A DNA stretch of 63,672 nt, the filler included, from Sluysia triapertura (lineage: Eukaryota), in the NCBI GenBank assembly GCA_046118255.1. It is 5 parts of 5 records of this genome, joined end to end, with 100 filler letters (N's around TTAATTAATTAA, not from the genome) between each part and the next. Parts side by side here need not be neighbours in the genome. Positions count along the whole stretch, not along the records: positions 36,945 to 49,040 come from JBJNIA010140170.1; positions 49,141 to 63,672 come from JBJNIA010255742.1; 3 more parts are not named here. One strand, 5' to 3'. Below, piece after piece: positions 38,625 through 51,815 of this stretch. The number at the start of each line of letters is the position of its first letter. Within the stretch, counting starts at the first letter, position 1. The notes beneath the pieces are model-generated. The model worked only from the letters and a program-made list of their open reading frames with translations. It was not told the origin of the DNA and did not search any database. A program made the position numbers and the translations under genes.

Positions 38625-40838
38625 TAAAGACTATTACTTCATTTTATTTATGTATGGATAATTTTATACAAAATTTCATAATTAACACTCAAAACATAAG
38701 TTGAATGTAGTTTATTATATTAAATATTATTAAACGTTTCATTATTGTAGGGTTTCATTCTTATTTATTCATGTTTATGTTTAAATTTAATATTAGCGCG
38801 AGTTATAAATATTTGCGGTTTTTGGTGATAACAATTTGAACTTTTTATATAATGTACTTATGAAATGAATATAAATCTTGACATAAAATAAAGAGAATTG
38901 TTTTTAATTCTTAAATTCTAAAATTTAAAATTTTGTACTTGTAACGCGAATGAAACACGGCAAAGAAGAAATATTTTGATATATATATTTGTAAAGCGAA
39001 GTTTTTGATTAAGCTTACAAAAAGTTTAAGAATTAATATTTATAGTAATAGTTGTAAGTTTTGATATAAGTTTATTGAATTTACATTTAATATTTTGATA
39101 TAAATTTGATTTAAGGATTACATTGGTTAGCGTTAAATTGATATAAGATTAGTAAAATTTCACATTTTTACATGGATAGGTTTAATGAAATGAGTTTAAA
39201 ATAAATATAATTGTAGATATTGAAGAATTAGGATGACTTTGACTTAAATGTTATTTGATAATATTAGCCATATTTTGATGTAATTGGACATAATTTTTAA
39301 AGTGAAATTTTAATTAAGTTGATATTTTTTGATATAATTTGCTAAACGTATATAAGTTTTTCTTGTTCTAAGTATTTAATTTTGATATAATCATGACTTT
39401 TAATTACAGTAATTTTATGATAATCTTTTGATTTTCTTGCAAGTTATCCGTTTAAGACATTGAATTTATAATTTATACGTTTAGTAAAGTTTAAGAAGCT
39501 TACTTTTATGAATGGTGAATTCATTCTCAAAACATAACAGCCATAAGCAAATTAATAAAGAAACTTCAACTCAACGTAATACAGCTACTAAAAAACAACA
39601 AATTATATACCAAAATTGAAAACATTAATAACGTAACACAACTGAAAATTCAACAAATTTTCGCAACAATAATAAAAATGCACACATTAATATTTATACT
39701 TAATTGTTATCAATAATCTATTATTGTCCATTGTTGTTATGATTTAGTTACATTAAGTATGTAAGCTTAAATAATTATCCCACGTTTTAAAAAAATCTCG
39801 GAATAGAAATTTGTAATACAAAATCCACTAGATACGTTTGGAGAAAACTCAATTAAAATAAAAATACTATTTAAAATAAAAATACAATTTAAGACAGTGG
39901 TTCTCAATACGATAAAATTTTTCTAAATTTGACATTGAAACTTAATTTTTTATAAAATTGTTTTGATAACACAAACTGGTGACTTTCAACAATCACTAAG
40001 AAAAATATTCTCACGATTATTTTAAGATTATAGTAATTAAATAAAACGAATAAACATATTCTAAATAATAACACTAGTACTATTATAAGTCTTAAATGTT
40101 AAATTGATATGTCCACGCTCGTCATCTAATAAAGGTCACCTAATTGAATTGGCTGTTTTTATGCATGACTTTAATAATTACATTATATCATAAAAAATTC
40201 GTTAGATAAGAATTTATGTATTTATATTTCGTCTTTCATAATTGAAGTTATTAAATCGAAGTAAGTAGGTACAAGTTTGATTACAATCAACTTCATATTA
40301 GTGGGTTATGTTCAGAACGCGACAGTACGATCAACATGGCAACGCAGCGCATGTAAAAATCATTTTTTGTAATGTGTTTATTCACAACTCACCCAATCAT
40401 CCAATAATTTATAGTGGTATTTACATTTAATTTATCTAGAATGTATAAGTAAAAAGCATTAATGTTTTTATATTAACGTTGTCTTATCTAAACATTTAAA
40501 ATAATCAAGCGATAAAAATAGATCATTTCTGGTCCCTGTTTATAGAAATTATCTAGGAAACAAATCTACTGGCTGTCTAGGGAACATATTATCTAATTGA
40601 TAGTTGACCTAAGAAACCTGTCCATCAAAACATTTTTAGCGAGTTATATGTGTTAACTCATTGATTAAATGTGACATTAGTAACATTTATTTACATCAAT
40701 ATATAATTTAATTTAATATTTAATTATATTATTCGTTTTATTGCAATAATTTTTATGAAAATGAACATAGTTTTTTTTAAATAGAATATCTTATATAATT
40801 TTTATTTAATTGTTATTAATTATTAAATCTAATTTCAG

Positions 40839-42398
40839 GTTAGATTATTGTGGTATTACATTTTTAACAGTAGGTTCCACAATTCCATGGTTACATTACT
40901 CATTTTACTGTAACATGGTTCATCAAATCATATATATTGTTATGATATCATTATTAGGTGCTGTTTGTATGGGTATTTCTTTAATGGATTATTTTGCGAC
41001 TCCGCAATTTAGAAGTACTAGAGCTCGTTAGTTCTATTGATATTTAAAAATATTTGAAAAATGACAAGTAATGAAAAATTTAACTAATAGGATATTTTCA
41101 GCCTTTTGTTAGTTGTATCTAAAACCATAAATTGAAAACCGAAAAATGAATAATTAACACTTTAATTATATTTTATCAATAAGTACTCAATTTACATTTT
41201 ACATAATTTTACATTATACTAGAAGCAATAGTCGAAAATTTTGAATAAATAATTTGATAATTGTCAAGAAGTTCGTGTTGAAATGTTGCACCGTCACGTA
41301 TTACGATAATGCATTGAGTTCGTAAATATGAAGAAATAATTGCAAGTTGTAATTAAATTTAAATGAGAATTGTTTGCGAAGAGAAAGAAGATTTAGAGTA
41401 AAATTGCTTAGGAATAGGCTTAATTTTAGAGTATATGTTCCGAAAAAATTATTCTAACAAAAATCAATTTTCTATTATCCTTGATTATCTAATATTGTTA
41501 CAAATAGTGCCAAAATATTACACAATTATGAGTTAATAACAAATAAAACCACAGTTAATGATTTTGATTAATAATTAGATTAATATTTCTAACTTGTATT
41601 GTTGCGTCAGTAAGGATTTTGAAATTAGCAGAAAACCCCATTTTTCACTATGGACAATAATTTTTGAATTCTATTATAATAATTTTTCACTAATTTAATT
41701 TCTATTATATGGTCAATTTCTTTTTATAGTCAAAATCGTATAAATGATTTTAATATATGTATGGCAAGTTTCGTCTATATATTAGTTTTTGTGCAATTTG
41801 TTTTTGATTGTGTTGATAGCATTCATTTTTTAAATTTCTATTTTTCGTTAATGTGATGCTCTCCTTTAATCTGTGGATTTATCTATTAACTTAGTTAAGT
41901 GTGGTGAATTCAACTCCTAGTCTTAGTATATTATGTTTTCTTAAGAAAAATACATTAAAAAATTATTTGCTATTAACTTAATTAATTCGTTTAAAATCGT
42001 TCTTCGATTAAAGAAATCGTGCTTAAAGCAATTAAACACATGATAATATTTGAAATTGATAAGAAAACTAAAAATATATTTACAAAAATTTGTTTCACAA
42101 GCATTATAATTATACAATTGGTTTTTCTAATTACAGTGACTATTTGCAAAGCTTGCAATGACACATCCAGGCCTCTTCGACATTTAAACCTTAATAACAT
42201 TAATATTGGAATAAAATTATAATATGATACCACAATACCGACTACTGCCTTCTACAAAATCAAACGCAATTACTTACAGTCTGTTATATAATACTTTATT
42301 ATTAAGATTATTTTTAAATATTAATTACTTGTATACATATCATTATATGAATTATTAATAAGTGTATAATAACAATAACAATAATGATAATACTACTA

Positions 42399-42452
<54 letters not shown>

Positions 42453-43234
42453 GTAATATTGCAATGTTCGTTATAATAATAATATCAACGAGAGGAGTGA
42501 GCATAATGGTGACGATGCGGTTGCACTAATGTGTGCTAATATATGTTAATACATATAGTTAAGATTTTGACTTTGGTCTATTATTTTAGATCCTGTAACT
42601 TGTGAATTTGAGTTTTAATTGTTAAGGTTTCTTTTATGTATGATAACATGAATTCGAGTTGATGTTTGATTATGTAAATGTATGTATGTGATGAGATAGA
42701 ATCCGGACGCCACTTTGGATATTTCTTTCCTGAGCTTTTAGGTATAATTTTAATTAAATTATTTTAAGATTATTTTCTTACATTATTTTATAATAATAAT
42801 ATTATTATTATTATTTTTATTATTATTAATATTCAGTTGTGTTTGTACTTTTGGGTTTATCAGGTGTTATACCCTGTGCTCATTATATAATATTGGAAGG
42901 TTTTTACCATGCCTTTTCAAATGCATCTCTAGGCTGGTTAGTGCTAATGGCTGCATTATATATTACTGGTGCTTGTATTTATGCAATGAGAGTACCGGAA
43001 CGTTATTTCCCAGGAAAATTTGATATATGGGTTATTAATTTGTTTTCATAATAATAATATAATAATTATTATATTGATAATATTTTATTTTTTAAATTTC
43101 AGTTTCAAAGTCATCAGATATTCCATGTATTTGTTGTGGCTGCTGCTGTCGTTCATTTGGTGGGCATGGTAGAGATTGCTCATTACCGCAATCAGAACAA
43201 ACATTGTATTGCTTCTACTTCTGTTCTTCATTGA
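40839..43234 (+). CDS. ADIPOR: adiponectin receptor (PAQR family), last three exons; 5' exons not found on this contig
   Basis: Exons 40839-41026 (LDYCGITFLTVGSTIPWLHYSFYC), 42837-43030 (LGLSGVIP...RVPERYFPGKFDIW) and 43103-43234 (FQSHQIFHVFVVAAA...*); GT-AG, phases consistent. Confidence 0.93.
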
Positions 43235-44199
43235 TATCCATTTTCACTTCGATTTTTTCTTATTTTCATTTTTCTCAAAAATTTTATCTGGGTTTATATG
43301 TAGTATACTTTCATTTTTTATTTTTGTGTCTTGATTATTTTATACATCGATTTTTCGCCTGAAGATTTTTCCAGATTTTAGATCTGAAATTGAAAAACGT
43401 TTATTATCAAGGTTTAACAGAATTTTATTGAATTTTTGTACCAATTTTAATTAATTGTATTTTTTGGCAAATGAGAATCAAAAATCGAACTTCATTGGCT
43501 TTAATATAAAACGTGAATTAATGAATTTTTTACGATTATTTTTTTATACATGTTTGATAATTGCGTACAAATAATATAAAAGATGTTTAAAACAATTTAT
43601 ATTATTTTATATTAGGGATTTATTTTGTTTGAATATACATTTTGTGATATTTTTATGGTTTATAACACGATAACACAATAGATAACTTCATATCTATTAT
43701 TAATTCTTTTTTTATAGATATTACTGTTAGTACGTAAAATTAAACAGACATTTTTTCATATTATATGATTATTAATTGTAAATACTAAATTTAATTGAAA
43801 TAAACATTTTTATTATTTACTTTGGAATTCTAATATTTCGATTTTGGTGTTCTTTTGACGTTGAATTATATTTGCTTGATTAATAAAACAACCTTTGTTA
43901 AAGAATCAACTGGTGGTTATTGGTGGCTATAAAAACAATTTTTATACGAAATAACGAGCCAGTGGATGTTTTTTTGTTTGCTATTTAGTCTTTCGATTAT
44001 TTTATTTTCGTTTTAGAATTTACATTTTTATAATTCTGATAAATGTGAAGTTTATGAATTTAAATATAGTTGAGGTTGTGTATTAAAGAATTTCATTTTA
44101 CTATTTTAAATATAATAGTACTTTATATATATAATATTTATTATTAGAAGAAGGCAAGCAATGGCTGCATCTGATTAACCGGACAAATTTGAATACATA

Positions 44200-45050
44200 C
44201 TACACTTAATGTGCTTTTATTTAAATTACTTCTCACATTAAAATAACAATCACTAGCGCATTAACAGCATGTATAAAATGATTTTAACTTTGGTTTTCAG
44301 AATTTAATTAATTTTTAATTATTACGAGTCAATTTTCTAATGAAAAATGGTTAAGCAAACAATTTCACAAACGTAAAATCATTTCCAAATTATCTTCATC
44401 ATTTCATTAGTCTAAATGTGAATAGTTTAATATTTTACTTTTGAGAATTAATTAAAATTTGATTTTATACAATACTAAGGTTTTCCTTGAATGAACTCGG
44501 TCAAACATTATCTTTTTCGAAGATTCTATCTAAGACTAACTCAAGAATCACGATTTTATCGTAGTCTTCGTCATTGAAACGTTATTGGAAAAACCATAAG
44601 ATTTTAATTAATTAGTCTATTTATATGATATGTCCTATTTTATGCTTAAAGGGCCTTATCAAAGTTCTAAAGATTGATGATACATAATGTGTTCAGGTCG
44701 TTCGAAGTGTTTTCACTTTCACTATGTGGACACCTATTCCTACTTGTCTATCTTTTCTAATCTATCAAATTTGTCTTTATTATCAACAGAAATAATTTGA
44801 TTTAAGAAGTATTTTAAATGTTTTATATATTTTACAAGTTTGTCCGATGGTCTTAATCGCTTATCATGATTTTCAAACTTATTAAGATTCTCAAAAGTTA
44901 ACAAGATCTTAATTGTAAATTTCTTCAAGGATTTCAGAATATGAGCAAGATCATTCGAATTTTTAAAGTATTACTTAATGCCTAAAATGATTATAGATGT
45001 TTTCATCTTCATAATTCTTTAATATTTTATGTTATTATTTTATATTTACC
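44200..45050 (-). repeat. repeat family B, copy 3 (inverted, more diverged, empty TRIM site)
   Basis: Reverse complement GTTTGACCGAGTTCATTCAAGGAAAACCTT matches the flanks of the TRIM insertion. Confidence 0.75.
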
Positions 45051-45946
45051 TTATTCTTTGTACTTCGAATAGTTGCAGAATCCTATTATTATTATTATTA
45101 TTATTATTAGTATTAGTATTAGTATTAGTAATAGATTCATTACGTATTAACATTATGAAAAACATCTAAATTAAAAATTCAATCAACTTATCATTAGGGC
45201 AATGAGACAAACCAATCTTCACTTGAAATAGATATTTTTAATTTATAAGTCTCTAAAACTTCTCTTTGTTATTGGAGCGTTACTGAAGTTAATCTCATCA
45301 AACAGAAATGCAATCCCTTCAAAAAACATTAAAGTGAAGTAAGGTTACCCTTTACATTATATTTCCGTTACATATCGAAGTTTTTCTACAGAAGAAACTC
45401 AAAACATGAATGTAAAATTTTAGGGTTTACGTATAGTCTGCGATTTGCAGTATTACAAGAGACATCTAATTAGAGATCATTAGATAATATCGAATTGCTC
45501 TTTCATCATTTTCTTTTCAGAGGGTCAACTTTTAGGTATTTTTGCGAAGTTATAGACTCATTAATTTTTCGCCAAGATTTTATTTTATTTCTTATCTATT
45601 AGTCTTAGGCTTAATCTATGTTATATTACTTCACTTTTTTCTTTAAACAAAAATCGTATAGTAACTTTTAATTGAGGTCTTATGCGATAATTCTGTTGCT
45701 TTAACATTATTTTCTTTTTATATACAACTGAAACGTACAATTTCAAAATATACGCGATGGCAAAATAATATACCACTTTATTTAAAAATATCAATAAACG
45801 TAAAGCAATTATAATAATAAATGTTATCTCATTGTACTAAAAGAATCACTTATTACTTATTTCTTTTTATGTTTTAGAAATTTTACAGCTAACTTTAAAT
45901 TAGATCAAAATTAAATAATTTGGTTCATAATTTATTCCTAATAACT

Positions 45947-45995
45947 TGTTGGGATACAGGCCTAAAGTGCCATGTAGACGGATTGATAGCTCAAT
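45947..45995 (+). mobile_element. truncated 5' fragment of the tRNA-LTR
   Basis: TGTTGGGATACAGGCCTAAAGTGCCAT...TAGACGGATTGATAGCTCAAT. Confidence 0.7.
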
Positions 45996-46011
45996 ATTGT
46001 GGATATAATTT

Positions 46012-46168
46012 TGTTAGACTTCGTAAAATGGACTGACCGGGGATCGAACCCAGGACCATCGCTGCGCAGTTCGAATGCTCTACCACTGAGCTATCAGCCC
46101 CATCTAACAATTTCATTTTTTTTAATTCAATTTTACCAAGTGGCACTTTTAGGCCTTTTACCCCAACA
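46012..46168 (-). mobile_element. solo LTR of the tRNA-TRIM (no TSD seen)
   Basis: TGTTAGAC...CCCCAACA, 157 bp, full tRNA-like unit. Confidence 0.9.
46029..46100 (-). ncRNA. best-preserved tRNA-Ala(TGC)-like unit; probably not a decoding tRNA
   Basis: GGGCTGA TA GCTC AGTGGTA GAGC A TTCGA ACTGCGC AGCGA TGGTC CTGGG TTCGATC CCCGG TCAGTCC A, then TTTT. Acceptor, D and T stems pair; G3:U70 and A73 present; anticodon stem does not pair. Confidence 0.75.
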
Positions 46169-47234
46169 TCAACATCGTCGTGTATCTGGAAACACTGTTC
46201 TTTTATCTCATACATTTCATATTAAAAATTTACAATTTTTAATATAATTCAGTAGAAATTTGCCAGTCATTTTTATTTTAGTTATGAGTTGTAATCAGAA
46301 TTTAGCGTAACACTTTTTAATTGAGAAATTAATATTTTTAACTGTAGTTTTACAATTTGACAGCCATATTTTAATATTAAATTTTATTGTAGTAGTGTAA
46401 CTTTTTTTGCTTTAGATTAACGCTTTTCTTTCTACTTGATTAAAATGCTTTCCTCTAATTTCATTTGTTGATTTATAAATAAATGCTGTAAACATAAACT
46501 TTTGATATTTTTACGCAAACATAACGCAACATCTACCATTAAACATACCATATACTTAGTTTATTTGTTATCATTTTATTTTTTAGAATAATATTGGTAA
46601 ATTTATAAAAAAACGATAATAGTAATATAGTAATATATATAAATTAATTTATTAACAATTCATTTGTAGATTATTTTGTAAATTAATTAAAAAATAATTT
46701 AAGATAACATTTATTAATTAATTTATTAACAAAAAATTAAATAATAAAATTTAGTTGGTTACATTTATTTATTGACTATTGTATTCTATTGGCTAGGTAA
46801 ATGGTAATTTAGAATACTACATTTGATCAACAAAAATGATATTTTTAATTATATTGAATATCAGGTAATGCTAGTGTTAATTGCAGATTCAGGTAAAATT
46901 TAAAATAAAAAAATTAATAATTTTGCGACCATGTTGAAAACAATGCACTTTATTATTAAACACTTCTTTTACGATGATTTTAAGTATATTTTACAACCGA
47001 GTAAAATCGGCATGCCTTATTTTAAAATAATCAACAAAATTTTAAAATAAATGAGAACTTATAACACTGACAATATAACAAAAAGGAAAATTTTAGATTA
47101 TAATCTTAGATTATAAGTTTAATTTTAAATTTTACAACTTTGAAAATTAAAAAGAGAGTTAATATTTTTTGGATTAAAATTAAATAATTATTTATTAAAA
47201 TAGACAACTTAGTTTAATTAAACTAACGAAACAA

Positions 47235-47359
47235 AATTAATCCACAAATGATTTAGAGAACAATTGATCCCCAAATAATTAGAAAACAGATCCTCAAATG
47301 ATTATAAAATAAATTGATTCACCAACGATTTAGAAAACGAATTGATCCAGAAATAATTT
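47235..47359. repeat. degenerate minisatellite, ~5 units of ~25-28 bp
   Basis: AATTGATCC.CAAAT(G/A)ATTTAGAAAAC recurs. Confidence 0.7.
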
Positions 47360-48576
47360 AAATTTTAAAATGACTTGTAATACAAAATAGTTGCAAAATT
47401 GTCACAATGTTATTGTGTTTTATGTATTAAGAGTAGCTATACATATAGTTCACTGAACGACCTTTAAAATTTAAAACAATTTTCTAAAATTTTAGAATTT
47501 TATTAAAATTTTGAGATAATTAAAATTTTATAATAATATTAATAATAATTAAAATTTTATAAGAATAATAATGGTCGTATTTCGAGTAATAGTTTCTTAA
47601 GATTCTAGCTGCGATTGTAATCAGATGCTGAATTTTCTTTATTATATGTACGTTCAAACACCATTTATAAAGGGGTTTGTTAAATTGGCTTAAATTTATA
47701 TTAATACTATAAGTAAGTTTTAGACGATTATCGCATGTTATAAAATTAATATAAAATTTTAAATTAATTATTAAAAGAGTTTTATAGATCAGTCTATTTA
47801 ATTTAGATATTTTAATTACTTTATAAAGCGTTGTTTTATTATCTTTGAAGACAAAATAATTAAAGTACATTGTAATACATTTATTACACAAAATCTATCA
47901 AATTGATAAAACATAGTTTTGTGAACTCGAATAACGTAATATTTAATGTTGATTCATCATTGAACATGTTTTGATGCATAAACTAAGGAGATACATAAAC
48001 AAATATTAACAAAATAAAAAGTACGAATAGTGATCATCAAAATGTAATAATAAAACAAAAAATAATATTATACCTTCACAGAACTCTTCTCATAATGTAA
48101 TTTATATGAAACGATAATGTATGGATACCTAGTTGAACAAATTAGATGCGATTGCCTGGAATTAGTTGAAATCATTTTTTGAAAAATGTCACTGTAAAAG
48201 TTGTAATAGATATAGATTTGTGAATGCTGCTTATAAAATTTATCGTTTTAAAATACACGAATTCATTGGATAGAATAAATGACAAGAGTTTATCTGATGT
48301 AGAATTTGACGAGGTTGAATAAGCATATACTGACATTGTTTTGCCTAACGAAGTCAAAGGTCCATTTCGAAGTGCCAATAATACTATTATCGTTCAATGC
48401 ATATACTTTAGATTTATTGTCATTACATTGCTCATGCTCTAAGTTATTTCTACCTTTATTTGTTCGAAAAGGTTCGTAATTACTTGAATGTACTTTAACT
48501 AAGATATCGTTTGTTACATTAAATTTTCGAAAAATATCTAAAGATTTTTTAAAATTCAATTAGAACAGTTAAACAT

Positions 48577-48995
48577 TGTAGGGAAATCACACAAAATTCA
48601 TTACACTTCATCACATAAAAACATTTCACATGCACACAGATTGTTAAATAAATTACTAAACTCATTCAAAAAACAAACATAATCATTGCGCATAATTACC
48701 ATTATTATTATTACAATTCAAATCATATTAAACAATATACATAAAATAATTATTGTCATTATTTTAGTATAATATGATTATCGAATAATAACTTTTATAA
48801 TAAATGTCACAATAAAATTTTGTATCAACATCAACAATGCCAGTATTAATAAACATAATAACTACGTTATTATTATCATTATTATTATTATTTTTATTCT
48901 TGTTATAAACCTTTCTTTTTATTCTTTCGTTTTTTTCCATTTTTTAACACATTTATCCATGTGTTAATCTATAAAGTTTACATTTAATATCTGTT
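48577..48995 (+). repeat. repeat family D copy
   Basis: Starts TGTAGGGA...; reverse complement of 57925-58328 and 62862-63203; further partial copy at 49141-49315. Confidence 0.8.
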
Positions 48996-49040
48996 ATAAA
49001 ATTTGTTCTTTTAATAACTCCAACATTTCAACTGGAAAGT

Positions 49041-49140
49041 NNNNNNNNNNNNNNNNNNNNNNNNNNNNNNNNNNNNNNNNNNNNTTAATTAATTAANNNN
49101 NNNNNNNNNNNNNNNNNNNNNNNNNNNNNNNNNNNNNNNN
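49041..49140. other. artificial contig linker
   Basis: 44 N + TTAATTAATTAA + 44 N. Confidence 0.97.
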
Positions 49141-49838
49141 ATAAATTTCATATCAACATCAACAATGGTAGTATTAATAAACATAATAACCACGTTATTG
49201 TTATCATTATTATTATTATTATTATTTCTTTTAATCTTTCTTCTTATCCTTTCATTTTTTTATTTTATATATATTTATATGTGTTAATCTGTAAAGTATG
49301 CATTTGATACCTGTATCTCCGCAGTTTCTTCCAAATACGTATAATGATGTTCAACTTATCGTATTACAAAATCGAGAATTGCAAACACCATATGGTACTT
49401 ACATTACGATATAAATTTTACAGTGGTGACTATAAATAGTAAATCTTGACAACGTTGACAATCATTGTTTATCAAATTAACCATATTTGGATTTTTTTGT
49501 TAAAAGTATCTTCTCCAACTCAAATTGATCCAAAGTTAGACCTAGACTAAATGATAAATCAGGTTGTGTACTGTCTTTTAAAGATAGTGATATAACATCC
49601 ACATCGAATTGCATTTCATTAGACGATATGTTTAATGCTGGTTACAATTTGGATTATATATCTCATTTATATTGAATATTTATATTCATGAAATATTTTC
49701 ATTTACTATAAATCAAATATGTAAAACTATTATATCAGTACTTTGTTTGCTCTCCTTGTTATCCAATAATTTCCTTTCCTTAAAACAATATTATAAATAA
49801 AAATAATAAAAAGTACAAATATAATATTAATTAAAAAT

Positions 49839-51209
49839 TTGTTTATTAAAAAATCGATATTTAATATAATGAAAATGATACGAATAAAAAAAGCTTCAAG
49901 AGTAGTAAAGTTCCCTATAGTAAAACTACTATTATTCTTTTTGGCCATCTTAATATCATTTGGCTTAAGTGGTTTTGCTTTTACATATCTCGGTTGGCTT
50001 AAATTAATATATGTATATGAATTACCAGTTGGTGAATACATGAAGAAGAATTGTTCTACCATTAAAGAATTGGAATTAACAAAAAATAAACTGGAAGATA
50101 TTTATAGTGAGTTAAAAGCATTAAATAATAATCCTTCAAGTATTACGTTAAGTGAAACTGATTTAGAATTGAAAGAAATTAAAATTGTATCACGAAAAAT
50201 AGAATATTTAAAAGATTTCATTGTGCATATAAATGATATTAGTATTTTGTACAATGAAATAGAATTAATAAATTTAAGATGGTTTATAAATATTAATCAA
50301 AGTGAAGTAGAAAATGCTTTATTTACAATAATGAAAACTTTTTACATAAAACAGAAATTTGCATCAATTTTATATAAATACAAATCAGATATTATTGAAA
50401 TGGTTAATAAATCTCATTTTATGTTAAAAGTAGACAGTCTTACATTCGACGTTTATGAAAATAAAAAATATTCGACATATTTTTTAAATAAGTATAATAT
50501 ACAAAATTTTGAATCAAAAACTATGTCAATTAAACGATCTATGAAAAACTAATTGCACTTAATCCAAATGTGTGTAAACATTTGGAAAAAAATTAATGAT
50601 TTGATAGTAGCAGGAAAATATTTAGAAGATCAACTTGATTATGTACGAAAGAAATTGGAAATCCAATAATTTAAAATATATAATCATGTTGATGATTTAA
50701 TGATTATTGTAAATTATGATGAGATTTTCGATTTGTGTTTCAACACCATGACCGTTGTTAATAATTTCAAGAACGCAGAAGCTTTTGCAGAATTTCAAAA
50801 GGACTGAACAAATCAAACTGAACAATTAATAAAAGACATTCATCTTAACACAAACCACTTAAAACGTTAATATGGCTTTTTTACGTGTGAAAGTTGGGAA
50901 ATTCAAAAAAAATTACGCGATGAATTAAACATTTTTATGCATTCTTTTCGAATATTTAATAATTTTATGAATAGATTAAAATTATCATCGAATGTCATCG
51001 AATTTATTACTCATTTCAATTTCCAAGCACAAATAAATTCAGATTTAAAAATGATTGGTAAAGAATTTAATAAAATAACTCAAAATGTATCTATATTTCT
51101 TGAAAATTTACGATGCTTATACGGTCGAAAAGCAAAATTATTGTTCGGCTGTTTGTTGGTCACTGCAGAAATAGCAAATGCGGGTTACATTACAATTATT
51201 TCTTTTTGA
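49839..51209 (+). pseudogene. disrupted gene for a TM plus coiled-coil protein, family unknown
   Basis: 237-aa ORF with a hydrophobic helix (LLLFFLAILISFGLSGFAFTYLGW) and a heptad-like stretch; coding-like sequence continues through stops to ORF 50937-51209. Confidence 0.35.
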
Positions 51210-51815
51210 AATAAAAATGAAGTCGTTTATGACTCTAATTGTACAATACAGTTTCATGATGTAATATTCAAATGCTATCTGGTGAAGAAGATATTTTTTA
51301 CAATTCAGCTAATTTTTTTATTAAGTACGTTCATATCTTTTCTTCACTTGTTATGTTTTATTTCTAATAAAATATCAAACTTTGTTGCTGTTTTCAATTT
51401 GTTAATTTTATTTAAAAAATATAAAAATAATGATCAGTTAAATAAATTAAATTGTTAATAATCAATTAAATCTTAATAATCAATTACGCACTGAATTATT
51501 TTAAATTCGTTATTGTTATATCTATTTTTGCGCGTTGTACTATAGATTTTTAACATTAAATAATACATTAGTATGGAGTTTAATTTAGTTATTTCACTTC
51601 TAAAATATCAGACTGTTTGCTAACAGCACCTTAATAAAAGGGTTGTGCAATTTATTAAGTAAACTCATCAATTAAAATATCTGTTTTCTAACAACACCTT
51701 AATAAAAGGGTTGTGTAATTTAGTAAAATCCTAAAATTAAAATCTAATTCTAGTTCAGCTTATTAAGTTTCATTTTCCTTTGGCTTATGATATTATAAAT
51801 TTAAGTTGTAAAATC

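Noticed and set aside
46029-46100. Functional tRNA gene (Ala, or Cys from GAGCATTCGA.CTGC similarity)
   Set aside because: The anticodon stem does not pair, U33 is absent, and all copies sit within TG...CA LTRs. G3:U70 and the T arm favour an Ala origin over Cys.
47235-47359. CRISPR-like array
   Set aside because: Contiguous degenerate units without unique spacers, eukaryotic context, no cas genes.
48172-48559. Fourth family A gene (shares ICLFN)
   Set aside because: Similarity limited to a few residues and no upstream palindrome; not supportable without a profile search.
48811-49315. Contig overlap across the linker
   Set aside because: The two sides are similar but clearly diverged; they are paralogous family D copies.
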